DNA of 64,000 nt from Podarcis vaucheri (lineage: Eukaryota): NCBI GenBank assembly GCA_965113315.1, contig OZ220367.1; one strand, given 5' to 3'. This document shows, one piece after another, positions 24,957 to 37,476 of this stretch. The notes beneath the pieces were generated by a model. That model did not search any database, was not told where the DNA came from, and saw only the letters and a list, made by a program, of their open reading frames with translations. The first letter of the stretch is position 1. Every line of letters begins with the position of its first letter. The translations under genes and the position numbers were made by a program.

Positions 24957-26947
24957 TTACTCTGCTTGCATCCTCAGCATCTCAAGATTTGCTTTATGTT
25001 CTTTTTAAGAAGTACCAACCCTTACCTGCAAAGAGAAACATTTTTCGAAGCAAATCTTACAACCCCAGGAAGTTTTCTCACTTATCTATGAAAGTACTAC
25101 ATTTCTGAGCCACAAAGTTTATTCCAGAAGAGAATCCAATGAGACACGATCATCCACCAAAACACAATTTTTGTTGCAAGTCCTGGGGAGTGTCTGATTC
25201 AAATATAGTGCTAAACATTGTCAAGAGACTGAGGGGGGTGTGCACCCCTCATCTACAATGTCACCACCATAGCAAGAATGGTGTGGAAACACTTTTGATT
25301 TTCATGTAGCAGTGTTAGGGCTGATGAGAACCAACATGTTGAGAAGTCCGCTGTTGCAGAACAGCAAGAATTGCTGTTGTGGCAACAACCAAGTGCCAGA
25401 AGAAGAGTTCTGGCATTCGGAACATCAGCTGGTCCATTCAATGCAATCATCTCACAACCTCTGCTTTTGATTCTGACCAACACAGCTAGTATGTCGCCAG
25501 TCTTCTTCCTTGCTGCACCCCTTGGCCTGGGATAAGACCGTGTTGAGTAAGAAAAACAAAAAAATTGCTGAATACAGATACAGGGAGCTCACAACATAGG
25601 CACATTTAACTTGCACACATTCAACTTTATTGTCATTTTTTAAAAAAAATTAAAAGAGGGCAGAAAGAGGGTGGGTGTCTGGGAAGACAGACTTTGGCAA
25701 TCCCAACTGCAATGGAACAAAAAGTGATTTGGTTTTTACACACTATCCCTGGAACATGTAAGTTGAGAGTTGCCTGTATTTTAAGGCATTAGTTTAGAGA
25801 CACAACATGTCAGTTTGACAAAGCAGTAATGGTGCTGTACAACAGCTCTAAAATGGTCTAAAGAAAAAAACACAAAAAAATCTAAGAATACTGAGTTAGA
25901 CTAATGCAGAGTGAGTCGTTTATCTAACTCCAAAAAGCAGGACTCCCTCAATACAAGGCCTGATAGGTGTTTAGCTAAGGTTATCTGAGCAAATTCATTC
26001 TACCTGCTGGCTTGCAGCTAGAAAAGTCACATATTCTAATGGCTCCTTCTAATAGTCTACTGTATTGTGCCTATTTGATGACTCATCGTGCAAACTGAAC
26101 TCTATACATTCATATCAAAGTTCCAAGGGTTATATCGCACAACACCAACAAATGGCAAAGAGGGAACAGTGATGATAGAGACTGGATCAATTCTCAATGG
26201 TTCCCACAGTTTACTTTTATTGTATTTAAATCAATCTGCAACTTGAGATACAATTGAGAAAGGAAAAATATTGATCCTCATCAGTTTGAGTAACTTGGGA
26301 TAGTTAATCACTAGCCCAATGGTGTTCAAGTGTAGTATCTGACACCTTCTTTGACATCATGTTCTATGATGGAACTTATTTCTACTTCATCCCCTTTACA
26401 CTATCCTACCATCTACAACACTACTAACACCAACACTGTCCCTAGCAGAAAAATATGATGGCAAGTCTTAACGTATCATGCAGCAAAGGCCTTTCTAGCT
26501 GTCTAATATTTCCAGTTTAGGTTTGGAAAAGTTTAGCTTCTTGGACCATCATCTCTGCTTCCTTAAGGAAGGATTTCTGGAAAGAGATGTATTGCACTTC
26601 AAAGTGGTTGGCAAGAATATGTTTGCTAAGAGTCTCACAAACCTGATCAGGAGTGCTTTAAACTAAATCCTATGGGGAAAGAGGACAATAGTTGGTTGAC
26701 GGGAACACTTGGTATTGGGGATAATAGCTTCAATGACGCACTCCAGAAACCTGCTAAAGGGCAGGAAACTACAAGGAGGAAGCAGCTGGAGGGAATGACT
26801 TGTATCTATATTAACACATAGGGTATAGGAACCAAGGAAAACAAATATGGTCTAATAGGCATCACCTAGTGGGATGAGACTCATGACTGGAATGTAGAAA
26901 TTGAGTATTATAACCAGTACAAAATTCTGCACATCCTATTTCCATAC

Positions 26948-27024
26948 CTGACAGCATCCAGTCTCTTGTTCTGTCGAATAAGTTCAATGAACTCCTGAAT
27001 CCTTAGGCTGAACTCCAGACAGCT
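26948..27024 (-). CDS. MAEA: MAEA coding exon 5
   Basis: cttag|[27 protein letters not shown]|gtatgg; 77 nt, ends in phase 2. Confidence 0.96.
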
Positions 27025-27206
27025 CTAAGATTAAAGAAAAGACAGGGTCTTAGATGTGGCCACATTTAACCTGTGATCTTAGACATACTTACTTTACATT
27101 ATGTTACACTGAAATCAATAGGAGTTTTGAGTTAATATATTTAGGATTAAGGTGTATGCAGTTCTATTTGTTGGTGTTTATGTCAATAATGATGTGCTAC
27201 TAGATT

Positions 27207-27277
27207 ATAATATAATATAATATAATATAATATAATATAATATAATATAATATAATATAATAACATAATATAATATA
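27207..27277. repeat. (TATAA)n pentanucleotide microsatellite
   Basis: Seen directly. Confidence 0.95.
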
Positions 27278-28042
27278 GGTTTGAGTTGCATAAAAACAAA
27301 TCTATTTGCACCTCAGAATTGAATGCTATTAAAAATCCTGTTACTATGACTAAGGTCTGATTTCTAGCCAGTGTTACCTATATGCATTTTAAATTTGAAT
27401 TTTGTGCCGTTACTGCCTTACTTTCTGAGAAGCAACAATCAGAAATAGGAGGATCTGCAACTTTCAGTGAGACCTCTTAGAACAGGAATAAGTTATTATT
27501 CCACACTACTTAATTAAGTTTAAAGAAAATCAAAAGGCATTTGTTCATGGGTGGGGGGGGGGGATTAGATGGACTGAGGTCACCCGCAGGTTAAATGTAT
27601 ACAGTACTTGGTGATAACAGATCCAATTACTTCGTACTGAAGTTCCCTTAACATTTGTTCATTGTAATGCGAAGGGCTTGTATTAAAACTAACCTTCACT
27701 TAAAACTGATCCTAATGTTCTCTTTTTATATACAATCATTCCTCAATTGCACTGCAATATTATCCATGTGCCTAAAGTTTTTTTAAAAATATCAGTAAGT
27801 GTCTGTGGAGGGGTGCTGTTTTTGAAGTTTCTTTCAGTTTAAAACTGCAGTCTGCTTACATCAAGGCAGAGTTAAAATACCCTTCCCCAACCTAATGCCC
27901 TCTGGAAGCTCTGGACTACAACCTGTACCAGCCCCATCTGCTGACTATGCTGTATGGAGCTGATAGGAGTTGCATTACAAAACATCTGAAGGGCACCAAG
28001 TTGCAGAAGGAAGAGTTAAGGAACACATTGCAACGTGTGTAA

Positions 28043-28393
28043 AAAGGTAAAGGGACCCCTGACCATTAGGTCCAGTCGCGGACGACTCTGGGGTTGCGGC
28101 ACTCATCTCACTTTACTGGCCGAGGGAGCCGGCGTACAGCTTCCGGGTCATGCGGCCAGCATGACTAAGCCGCTTCTGGAGAACCAGAGCAGTGCATGGA
28201 AACGCCGTTTACCTTCCCACCAGAGTGGTACCTATTTATCTACTTGCACTTTGACGTGCTTTCGAATTGCTAGGTTGGCAGGAGCAGGGACCGAGCAACG
28301 GGAGCTCACCCCGTTGCAGGGATTCAAACCGCCGACCTTCTGATCAGCAAGTCCTAGGTTCTGTGGTTTAACCCACAGCGCCACCCACGTCCC
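28043..28393 (-). mobile_element. Sauria SINE
   Basis: Head and tail as above; flanking repeat GCAACGTGTGTA. Confidence 0.9.
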
Positions 28394-28790
28394 ATTTTAG
28401 CAACGTGTGTATTTATGCATAAATGCTACAACTTGCACTGCACCAGACATTATCACATGTCTGTACTGCTATGGCAGCTCTCCTCCTTCAACCACTGTGG
28501 CAAGTTACAGCTTCAGGATCACATATCCTGCAATTTTATACTTGGGGAGTGGGCTGCACTATAGTTAACTGCATACTGCACTATAAAGAATCCCCTGCCC
28601 CATGAATTTAAAGGACACTACACATTCATATTCTGCTCTCTTCTGCTTATCTTGTAGTAAACCTTTTTCAATAAAACATTACGTAACGATTGTATGCCAC
28701 TGAAATCCTATACTGCCAAAGTCGACAGGACCCGGGGCAGTAAGGTTTCTGCATGCAACTAGACTGTACCGAGAATTTGCAAAACAAAGA

Positions 28791-31158
28791 GCTGGTGTGG
28801 CAAAGCAAATGTTGGCACTTACCATGGCAAGTTGCTTCTCTGGAGGGAGAAAGGGGATCCCGTGTGGGTTGTCACTGCCCACTTCTCCACTGGCAGGAAC
28901 TCACCCTTTTGAGAGGGCACGCCTGGTGGGCGGGGAAACCCCTCACCAGTTCAATTTGTGCTTAAGCAACTGTATAGCCAAAAATTAAACAACTTAACAG
29001 GACAGGAAGGAAAAGGAACACAACTTGTTAAGAGAAAGGAACTCAGCTGTCCCACAGTGGGATATACCACTCTGTTCCTGAGGCCCAGTCCCAAGAGGTT
29101 CTAATGACCCCTGTAAGGCAGCCCAGGTGAAGAAGAAAAGAATGGTATGGGCTAAAGAATAAGCGAAGGGAAAACCGGGGTGGAGGGAGAGAGAGAAGAG
29201 GCCCCCAAACCCCCGGTCGATCCTCAGTTCTTTGTGTCCAATGGCCTCCCCCCCACAGTGGTCACTTGGGAAGACTGGATCCCCTTTCTCCCCACAGAGA
29301 AGGAACTTAACACGGTAAGTACCAACATTTACTTTTCTTTTAGTAGGGGGGATCCTGTGTGGGCTGTATCTCAGCAATTACTAGACTGGGTAACTGTGGG
29401 TAATGGTGTCCACCACCTACTGAAGCACTCATTTCCCAAAGGAGGCCTTGGATGAGTTGTAAATGTTTAGCTAGTAATGCCTCATGAAGGTGGGACATGA
29501 GAACCAGATGGCTGCCCTGTGTATGTCACCCAGAGGGGCTTGGGTCCGAAATACCACTGAGGCTGTTGCACCCCTGGTGGAAATGGGCTGTGATACCCGA
29601 AGGAGCCCGTCCTCCCTCCGGGAACCCATCACAGCTCCTGGTGATGCAGGCCTTTATCCATCATGCTAATATCGCTGGGGAGGCCTTGTGTCCCTTGGAT
29701 CTGGACAGGAAGGAAACAAACATGAATTCTGAAAGGTGGAATTCCACTGTGTACCTTAAGTAGATCCTGATGGGCCTTCACACATCTACAGAGTATCATT
29801 CCTTCTCCCTAGCGGACTTGGGCTTTGAGCAGAAGGAAGGGAGGACCACCTTTTGAGACCTGTGGAGGTTGGAGTTAGCCTTTGGCTTGAAGGTCTAATC
29901 AAAGCATGGCAGAATCCTTCGGAATAATACATACCGTATTTTTTGCTCTATAAGACTCACTTTTTCCCTCCTAAAAAGTAAGGGGAAATGTGTGTGCGTC
30001 TTATGGAGCGAATGCAGGCTGCGCAGCTATCCCAGAAGCCAGAACAGCAAGAGGGACTGCTGCTTTCACTGCTCAGCGGTCCCTCTTGCTGTTCTGGCTT
30101 CTGAGATTCAGAATAATTTTTTTTCTTGTTTTCCTCCTCCAAAAACTAGGTGCGTCTTGTGGTCTGGTGCGTCTTATAGAGCGAAAAATACGGTAACTCC
30201 TTGTGGACAGAAAGGGCTGCAATCTCCGATACCTGCCGGGCTGAGGTGATAGCCGCTAGGAAGAGATACTTCCAGCTCAGGAACTTCAGAGGTACCATCT
30301 GCACTCCTCAAAGGGGTGGAGGAGACCAGTGAGCACCTTCAGTACCATATGGAGGTCCTAGGTGGGGAACCTGTGCACTTTAGTAGTAGTAGTAGGAGTA
30401 GTAGTAGTAGTATACCATCCTTCATCCAAAGATCCCAGGGCAGTTTTAGCAGCACTGCCAAGAAGCATTTGACCAAGGAGAAGGAACTCAGAGGGGCTCC
30501 TGCTGACCTAAACACTGAGCCCAAGGCTGCTACTTGTCTGCCAAAGGTGTTGAGGCAGAGCCCGTGGTCCAGGCTACAATGTCCATTGTCTGCCCTGCCC
30601 GGGATCCCAACGACTCTTCTGATGAGTCCACAGAGAGCTCCATCCTCCTAAGCAGCTCTCCTCCTGGGCAAAAAAACCCTTCCGGCGCTTTTCACCCCTT
30701 TCTGAAACTTTCTCCCCACCATGGAAGGTCCAGAAGCCTCCAAGGGCTGTAAGCCTGAAAGGCCAAAGAAAAGGGATACCTGAAGGAAGAAGAGGAGAGA
30801 TCGATGGTGCTAGGAGTGAGTGAAAAAGAGGCAGGCAGAAGAGGAGCGGGAGTAGAAAGATGATCCAGGAACAAAGCAAATAAAAGATCAAAGGAAAATG
30901 CCTTTCAAAATGGTGTTCCCACCTTCTCTCTTTTGCAGTGCTTGAAGCTCCTGGCAAGAGCGACCTTCAGTGGAGCTAGCAGGAAGTTGAATTGACTGGG
31001 GGGGGGGGTGCCCTGCCCACCAGGTGAACCCCCTCAAAAAATTGACTTTCTGCCAGTGGAGAGGTGGGCAGTGACAACCCACACAGGATCTTTCCCCTCC
31101 TCTACAGAGGAAGAACTTATCATGGCAAGTACCAATGTTTGCTTTACACCACACCAGC
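28791..31158 (-). mobile_element. Degenerate, internally deleted DIRS1-like tyrosine-recombinase retrotransposon
   Basis: About 145-bp inverted terminal repeats (28791-28935 / 31008-31158); internal complementary region near 29275-29365; YR remnant (FKPKANSNLHRSQKVVLPSFC...RAIRIYLRYT...FVSF...STRG...RAAIW...TFMRHY). Confidence 0.82.
29934..30193. mobile_element. pogo/Tc-like MITE inside the DIRS element
   Basis: TA|CCGTATTTTT.GCTCTATAAGAC...GTCTTATAGAGCGAAAAATACGG|TA. Confidence 0.85.
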
Positions 31159-32025
31159 ATGTGGTGGGGCAGAGCCGCCCTGCTAACTTAGCATTGCTAC
31201 TTTTTACCTAGATGGTGCTGGGACGGAGTGGAGGCTGTGTGTGAACACCAGCAGCCTCAGTGGTAAAACTGCCTCGCCACATTCCCATCCAGGTAAACAA
31301 CAGGGATGCCGGTACTGGGATCTTGGCTCTGCAGCACCACACACACCACTTCTGGCTAAGACACAGCCATGGATCAAGAGGTACCTGGTTTCAATCATCG
31401 TCTCTGCCAAGAACTCCTTAGGTGGCCTTAGGGAGCTGAAGTAGACAGTGGCTTGCCTATCTGCAATGTGTAGATAATGTTGACTTACCTTAGAGGAATG
31501 CTGTAAAAACAAGGATTACCTATGTTAAGTGCACTCAACACTTTTTAAAGCACTATAATTATTTTAAAGCAAGGAAATGTAACTGCATGTGGTTATGCTG
31601 TCCAGAAACGAACTTCTACCAAAGACACCTTTCCCCAATATGAAATTACATCTGTTCGCACCCAATTCAATTTTCCTACTATAAAACTTGAGCTTTGCTT
31701 ATAGAAAACTTCTCAGTAAAATACAAAATTGTAGCTATGTAAGCCCTGTACTTCTCCATATACTTGCCCAAGTTATTTTTACACACAAGATTTATAAAAC
31801 TTGTTTTGTTAGGTAAAGGTAATTTAGTAAGTATACTTTAATCAACTGGAAACAAATTTTGCCCATGATACGGCTTCACCACATGGGACAACTTCTAAGA
31901 ATCAAGCTAGATTACATGAAATGCATTTTTAACCAATACATTTCCTGGTGGTAGTGATTACTGTTTATCCATTCACCTCCACTCATTCAGGCATAATTTT
32001 TTTGCAACCTATAAAGGTTACATTA

Positions 32026-32175
<150 letters not shown>

Positions 32176-33615
32176 CTAAACAGAGATAGGAGTGTGGGAG
32201 AGGGAAAGAAAAAATGAGACGAGGTAGTTACTCACCAGAGCCAGAGGAATGACACCATATACAGCTTTTGTTAAGATAACTAATAAGCTTTTCAAGATGA
32301 CCCAAACATTGAGGTTTTTCCTTTTTGTGGGGACAAGGGAGGGATTTGCAGAGCACCAACATAAGGACAGTCAAACTCCTTTTCCTTAATGAAGGAAGAT
32401 TTTTATCCAAATCCTAGTCAATGTCTATGAAATAAAAAAATAAAACATTTGTACTGGGCAAAATCTGAAGAACTATTTTAAGTACATTCAAGGGCTTGGG
32501 CGTGTCTAGGGAATCTTAGCTTTTTCCTTTGAGGAATAGGCCCCAATAATCTGTCAAAAACTGCTTTTTAAAACTTCTTCAGTGTCAAAGAATGTTTGCC
32601 ATGTACGGTGGGGGGGGGGCTGCTGTTCAAGAAACATAGCTAAAGTTCCCTGAACATGTGGAACTAGTTGTGCAGTGCTCTGGTTCCAAGCTTTAAAGTA
32701 TTTCCTTTTTAAAATAACCTGATTTAAAATACTGGAATTCAATACAAACATACGGAAGTCTATATCCAAACAAAATGAACCCCTGCCTCTCTATCAAACA
32801 CGATGAGTTAGTCTGTTTTCCTATACAAAAGAACAAACAGAGGCAAAGATGTGTAACTTGAAGTCAAGCACTGTAAATTACACAATACAATGTGCATTTC
32901 TTAATGCCAAAAGCATCTTTTAATTGCGTGGAAAAAAAACCCTGCTTCTGGCAAGTTTGGGGCACTTTACCTTCAAGTCCTGACCTGTGTCTAGAGGACC
33001 ATACAAAATCTCAACTCCACAACTGTTCATCAAAGAAGAGAAATTTTGTAAACTAGAAGCATGTGAATCGTAAGATTAAAGACTTTGGATTTTTCTCCAG
33101 AGTGTCTTCAGTAGCAGAAGGTTTGAAATAATTAAGCTATAAGATACGACAGGTGCAACAAACAAATTATTAATACAAGTACTGTAATATAGTTACTGCT
33201 TAAAGAAAAATTAAAGAAAAACAGTAATGAGGTTTAGAGATCTCTTCTTTGAAAGCACTTTTCAACTCTTCCCCTTCTTTGACCTTGGGGCTGTCGACAC
33301 TATATGAGAACTTTTACATATACAGTATATTTTGGAAACTTGTTTGTTTTCTATGCATTTGGACTCCTCTTACGATATTGAAACCAAATTTTTGCATGAT
33401 GATTCCTGAGACCAAGAAGCAGGTTTCTGTCTAAGTGGATACAATTGGATTCCATACGGAATCAAGATGGCAGAATGAGCCTTTCAAAGAGGAGCAAAGG
33501 AGTGGCAAGGCTGCCTGTAGTCCCATCCCCACCATTTTAGAGCTGTGAAATCCTGAAAGATTCAAATGGTGTTGCCCCTTCTGACTGATATGCTCTGCAT
33601 TCCTAGCCAGCAGAG

Positions 33616-34306
33616 ACGACTGTGACCCTACATACCGATGTGGGATAAATTAAAAGAGAGCTATTCTGTGAAAAACACCCAAGGCTTGTGAAAAATTTCT
33701 GGCACTCTGCACAAGTAACTACTACAATGGCTGTATTTTTTCACTGGAATATCAAAGGATTTATGGTGCAGACCAAAGATCCAACAGGTTCTGGAAAAGG
33801 AGGAACTATGTTATTAACCAAAATCAAGACCTTGTACCAATCACTCAATATTCTCAGTGGAGAGGTTACGTTAAGTAATTTGTTTGAATGTTGAATTTGT
33901 AAGCGTGTATCTGGAGACAATGGATAAAACTGACACCATTAGATGTACTGCTGGATAAGTGTTGAATGGGTATTGTATTTGTATAAAAACCATTAAAAAT
34001 TTGTTTAAAAGAAAAGGAAGAAAGAGCTTTAGGGGCATAAGATTTGAAGATGAATAGTGTGAATACTTAAAACACAGTGTTCATGGAATTGTTTCCATGG
34101 CAAATAATGGTCCAAATACAAATGGATCCCAATTCTTCATCACCTATGACAAACAGTCACACCTGGACAAGAAATACACTACTTGGGAAGGTAATCAATG
34201 GCTTGGATGAGCTGGAGAAATTGCCAGTTAGTGAGAATACATTCCACCCCCTTAATGACATAATGTTAAAGATGTTACAATTCATGCTAATTCTTCTGCT
34301 CAATAA
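33616..34306 (+). pseudogene. PPIL3: Processed pseudogene of PPIL3 (cyclophilin-like 3) in MAEA intron 3, antisense to MAEA
   Basis: Reads TVTLHTDVG*IK.ELFCE..PKACEKFLALCTSNYYNGCIF.HWNIKGFMVQTKDPTGSGKGG / [34 protein letters not shown]...[11 protein letters not shown]...KDVTIHANSSAQ*; intronless; ATG changed to ACG; stops and frameshifts. Confidence 0.9.
33806..34010 (+). mobile_element. 5'-truncated non-LTR (L1-like) 3' end inserted in the PPIL3 retrocopy
   Basis: TSD GAAAAGGA[G/A]GAA (33794-33805 / 34011-34022); ATTAAA and A-rich end. Confidence 0.65.
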
Positions 34307-35294
34307 CTAAAAATGCCAATGCAGATTTCTGAAGGACTGGCTTGAAAAACTGCTGGTGAGTCTTTGAAGACAGATGGAACTTGTACATTCTCTCTTGGGA
34401 TTATGGACTTCCCAAGCTTTTCAAAGTTCAACATTTCACAGGACAAAAGGCCACTTTTTGATGTGTGAAATTGTACACACTTAAGAAAGCTGGGTTCATT
34501 TTTTTTAAAAAAAAGAAAAAAAAGAAAAAAGATGAGCCTTTCAAAACTGCAGATTCTTTTTGGTTTCTTAGAATTCCCAATGCCCAAGTAACAAGCTGCT
34601 ACTATTTTATATCTGATACATAGTCAGATACAGCATCGGTACTTAAAATGGTATATGAACTGCAGTTTTAAGCAGCAAGCCAGGAAAATGTACAATTTCT
34701 CTCCAGTATAAAACCTTCCTGTATTTGGAAACTGAAGAACAGAAAGGAAGACGCAAGCTTAGTACTCTCTTTGATATGCTGTAGTCTTCCATTTGTTGGT
34801 TATGTTTGGTTTTTGATAGCTGATCCCGTCAGGCATAGGGTCAAATACGGAGTGAAGAATGGGGGAAGAGAAGAGGCATGATCGCAGGATTGCAGAGTTG
34901 GAAGCAACCCTGTGGGTCATCCAGTCCAACCCCCAGCAATACAGGAATAACACAAGGCAGTGAACATAGAGAGTTTGCTTCTGCCTTGTGGCTTACCATG
35001 CTTTACCATGCCTGACCCTGACAGGAAGCTGCCTCCATAACATCACCCCCTCCCCCAAAATCAGGATCTAGTCTCCCAGCCTTAAAGACTCAGCAGGCAC
35101 CCCAGCACTGAACAATTGCCTTTGAGGTCTCCACGACAACCTTTCATTTCTCAAGGAAAGTGATGTCTTCCAGATAAGCAGTAGTAATAACAATCTAATA
35201 ACTGGAAGTAGCCGGGGGGGAGCAGATAGCTATCTAGATTCCAGACAGCACCAAATAAAGCAACCTTTTGTACTTCATCACAGCAAATACCAAC

Positions 35295-35498
35295 CTCAAT
35301 ACCACTTTGCCTGGCCAGCTTTACAGCTGTATTGTAATAGCCACATCGCAAGAGATGCTCCACCATCATACGATCCATGCGTTTTTTCTTCCACATGTTA
35401 GCAGCAGCTGGTTGGTCACTGCTGTGCTCCTTGAGATGTTCAATCCTGCGCTTGCATAGTTTTGCACTCTCGTCTTCAGCCTGGATTGATTCCACTGC
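35295..35498 (-). CDS. MAEA: MAEA coding exon 3 (LisH region)
   Basis: atag|[18 protein letters not shown]...KLARQSGIE|gttggt; 204 nt. Confidence 0.97.
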
Positions 35499-35651
35499 CT
35501 ATATCAAGAAACCCCTCATTCGGTCAGAAGTTACACTGAACAGGTCTGTATTCCACATTTCACATTTTCTACCATGTAAATGTAGAAAAAGATATACAAC
35601 CTACTAAAAAATACAACATCAAATACAACACCCTCACCCCACCCTGGCAAC

Positions 35652-36100
35652 TGTTAGAATTCCTGCTCCATGATTGCAGTCATGGGATTTTTGTCTATCA
35701 CATGATGGTGTATGTTTTGACTCCACAGAGTGGGAAGTGATGGAGACAGGATGTTTGTGTTACTGTGTTCCATGAAGTGGGACTATCGTCCTTTGTTCAT
35801 TTTCTCTTTGCTGTCTGATGCTAGAGAGAGAGAGGGAGCCATGTTGCAGTGGTCCGTGTGTGTTTATATGTAAATAAAGTAGATTAGCCAAAATGCTGAG
35901 TTGCTGAGGTCTGTTACACAAGCTGCAAAGACTCTGCGGATCCCTAAGTGTGCCGATGTCTGTTGGCATTGGTTGCTGTGGTGTTCAGGCAGAAGAAAGC
36001 TTCTGAAGCTCCTGAACGATCGACCAGGAGACAGAGAACATGCCAGTCGGGCATGTGTCTCTGCCAGGGTCCTACTCAAGAGTAAGACGAGCTCCTGACA
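35652..36100 (+). mobile_element. Solo LTR, 449 bp
   Basis: TG...CA ends, 5-bp TSD GCAAC, internal AATAAA. Confidence 0.82.
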
Positions 36101-37060
36101 GCAACAGTCAAGTCACAGTATTAATACATAGCTGAAACATATACTATTCTACCCAGGACTATGGGACACACACAAACAGCCATTATTACCATCTACCACT
36201 TACTTGTTAACATCTTTGTAGCTAATGGAGATACTGGAGGAATCAACTGTCATACCATGAACGTACAACTGTTTAACAAAGGAAGCTGAGGCTTCTGACA
36301 AAGGGCACAACATGACTTTCCAGTAACACACTGTGCTTATTTTGCAGTCATCATACACGTATAGTTAAAATATTGGTGGGACCAGAACCTCGTTAAATGT
36401 TCCCATCAAAAATTTATAACCCAAATCTAATGCAAAGGTAGACACCTCTCACTTAAATCAATGGGATTAACTACATCCACAATTGTGCTGAATTATGGTC
36501 CAGGACCTGTGCAACACTATGTACAGTCGACTCACAATCTGCACATATTTAATTTGCACAACTGCAACTTCAGTGCTTCGTGGCCAACCAGCTGATATTG
36601 CACAAATTAAGCACACGGAAGGACGAGAGCTTAAAAGCTCTCAGGCTTGCATACTGGGTTCTGGGAAGGTATCACACGGGCTCTGGAAGGCTCCTGCAAG
36701 ACCTCGCAGGAGCCCCCCAGAGCCTGGTAAGCAGGCAGAAGAGCTTAAAATCATAAAAGCTCTCCACCTTGCTGGGGTGGGGGTAAGCAAAGCCAATACA
36801 TGATTTTGGTTTTATGCGCAAAAAGGATTTGCATTTTTCCAACCTGGTTTACTCCTCATTTTTTCTGCATGTTACTTCTACGTTGAGTTCCTTGTTAGGT
36901 CATTTGGGGGCTGAAGAATATTAACCTTTTTAAACGAACATTTAGAAGTTAAATTTTCATCAAAAACAAATCTGTAGCTTCCTAGACCTTTTAAAATATG
37001 ACACCTCTTAGTAAGTCCTTGTGTTTATGATGTAATCTCTTTCTTGGCATAGCTCCTAAA

Positions 37061-37288
37061 GAACATAAGAGTAGCCTGTAGGATCAGGCCAATGGCCCAT
37101 TTAATCCAGCATCCTGTTCTCACCGTGGCCAACCAGACGTCTTATCCTCCCATGGTTTCCAGCAACTGGCATTCAGAAACTTTGCTGCCTCTGACTGTAG
37201 AGGCAGAGCATAGCCATTGCAGCTTGTGGCAACCGAGAGCCCTCTGCTTCTCCACGAATTTGTCTAATCCTCTTTTAAAGCCACCCAA
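37061..37288 (-). mobile_element. CR1-tailed SINE or CR1 3' fragment abutting the MAEA exon 2 donor
   Basis: AAGAACATAAGA...GGATCAGGCCAATGGCCCAT...TCCAGCATCCTG motif. Confidence 0.6.
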
Positions 37289-37293
37289 CTTAC

Positions 37294-37476
37294 CTTTCTT
37301 TTCAGAACACTGAGTTTTTCAACTACTCCATCAAGGAGACTAACCACAGAATCCACAGCTGGGCAGCTGCTCAGCGTCTTCTCCAGCTCTGCTACGACCA
37401 TAGTTACGTGGCTGGTCTCTCGGTCAATGTTTTTCTGAGCAGCTCGGAAACGTTTGTTCAGCGTTTCGTATGGCAC
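37294..37476 (-). CDS. MAEA: MAEA coding exon 2
   Basis: aaag|[20 protein letters not shown]...LSVLKRK|gtaagt; 183 nt, phase 0. Confidence 0.97.

Noticed and set aside
33806-34010. Intron of a functional PPIL3 paralogue
   Set aside because: No GT-AG ends, has a TSD and A-rich tail, and the flanking coding sequence carries stops and frameshifts.
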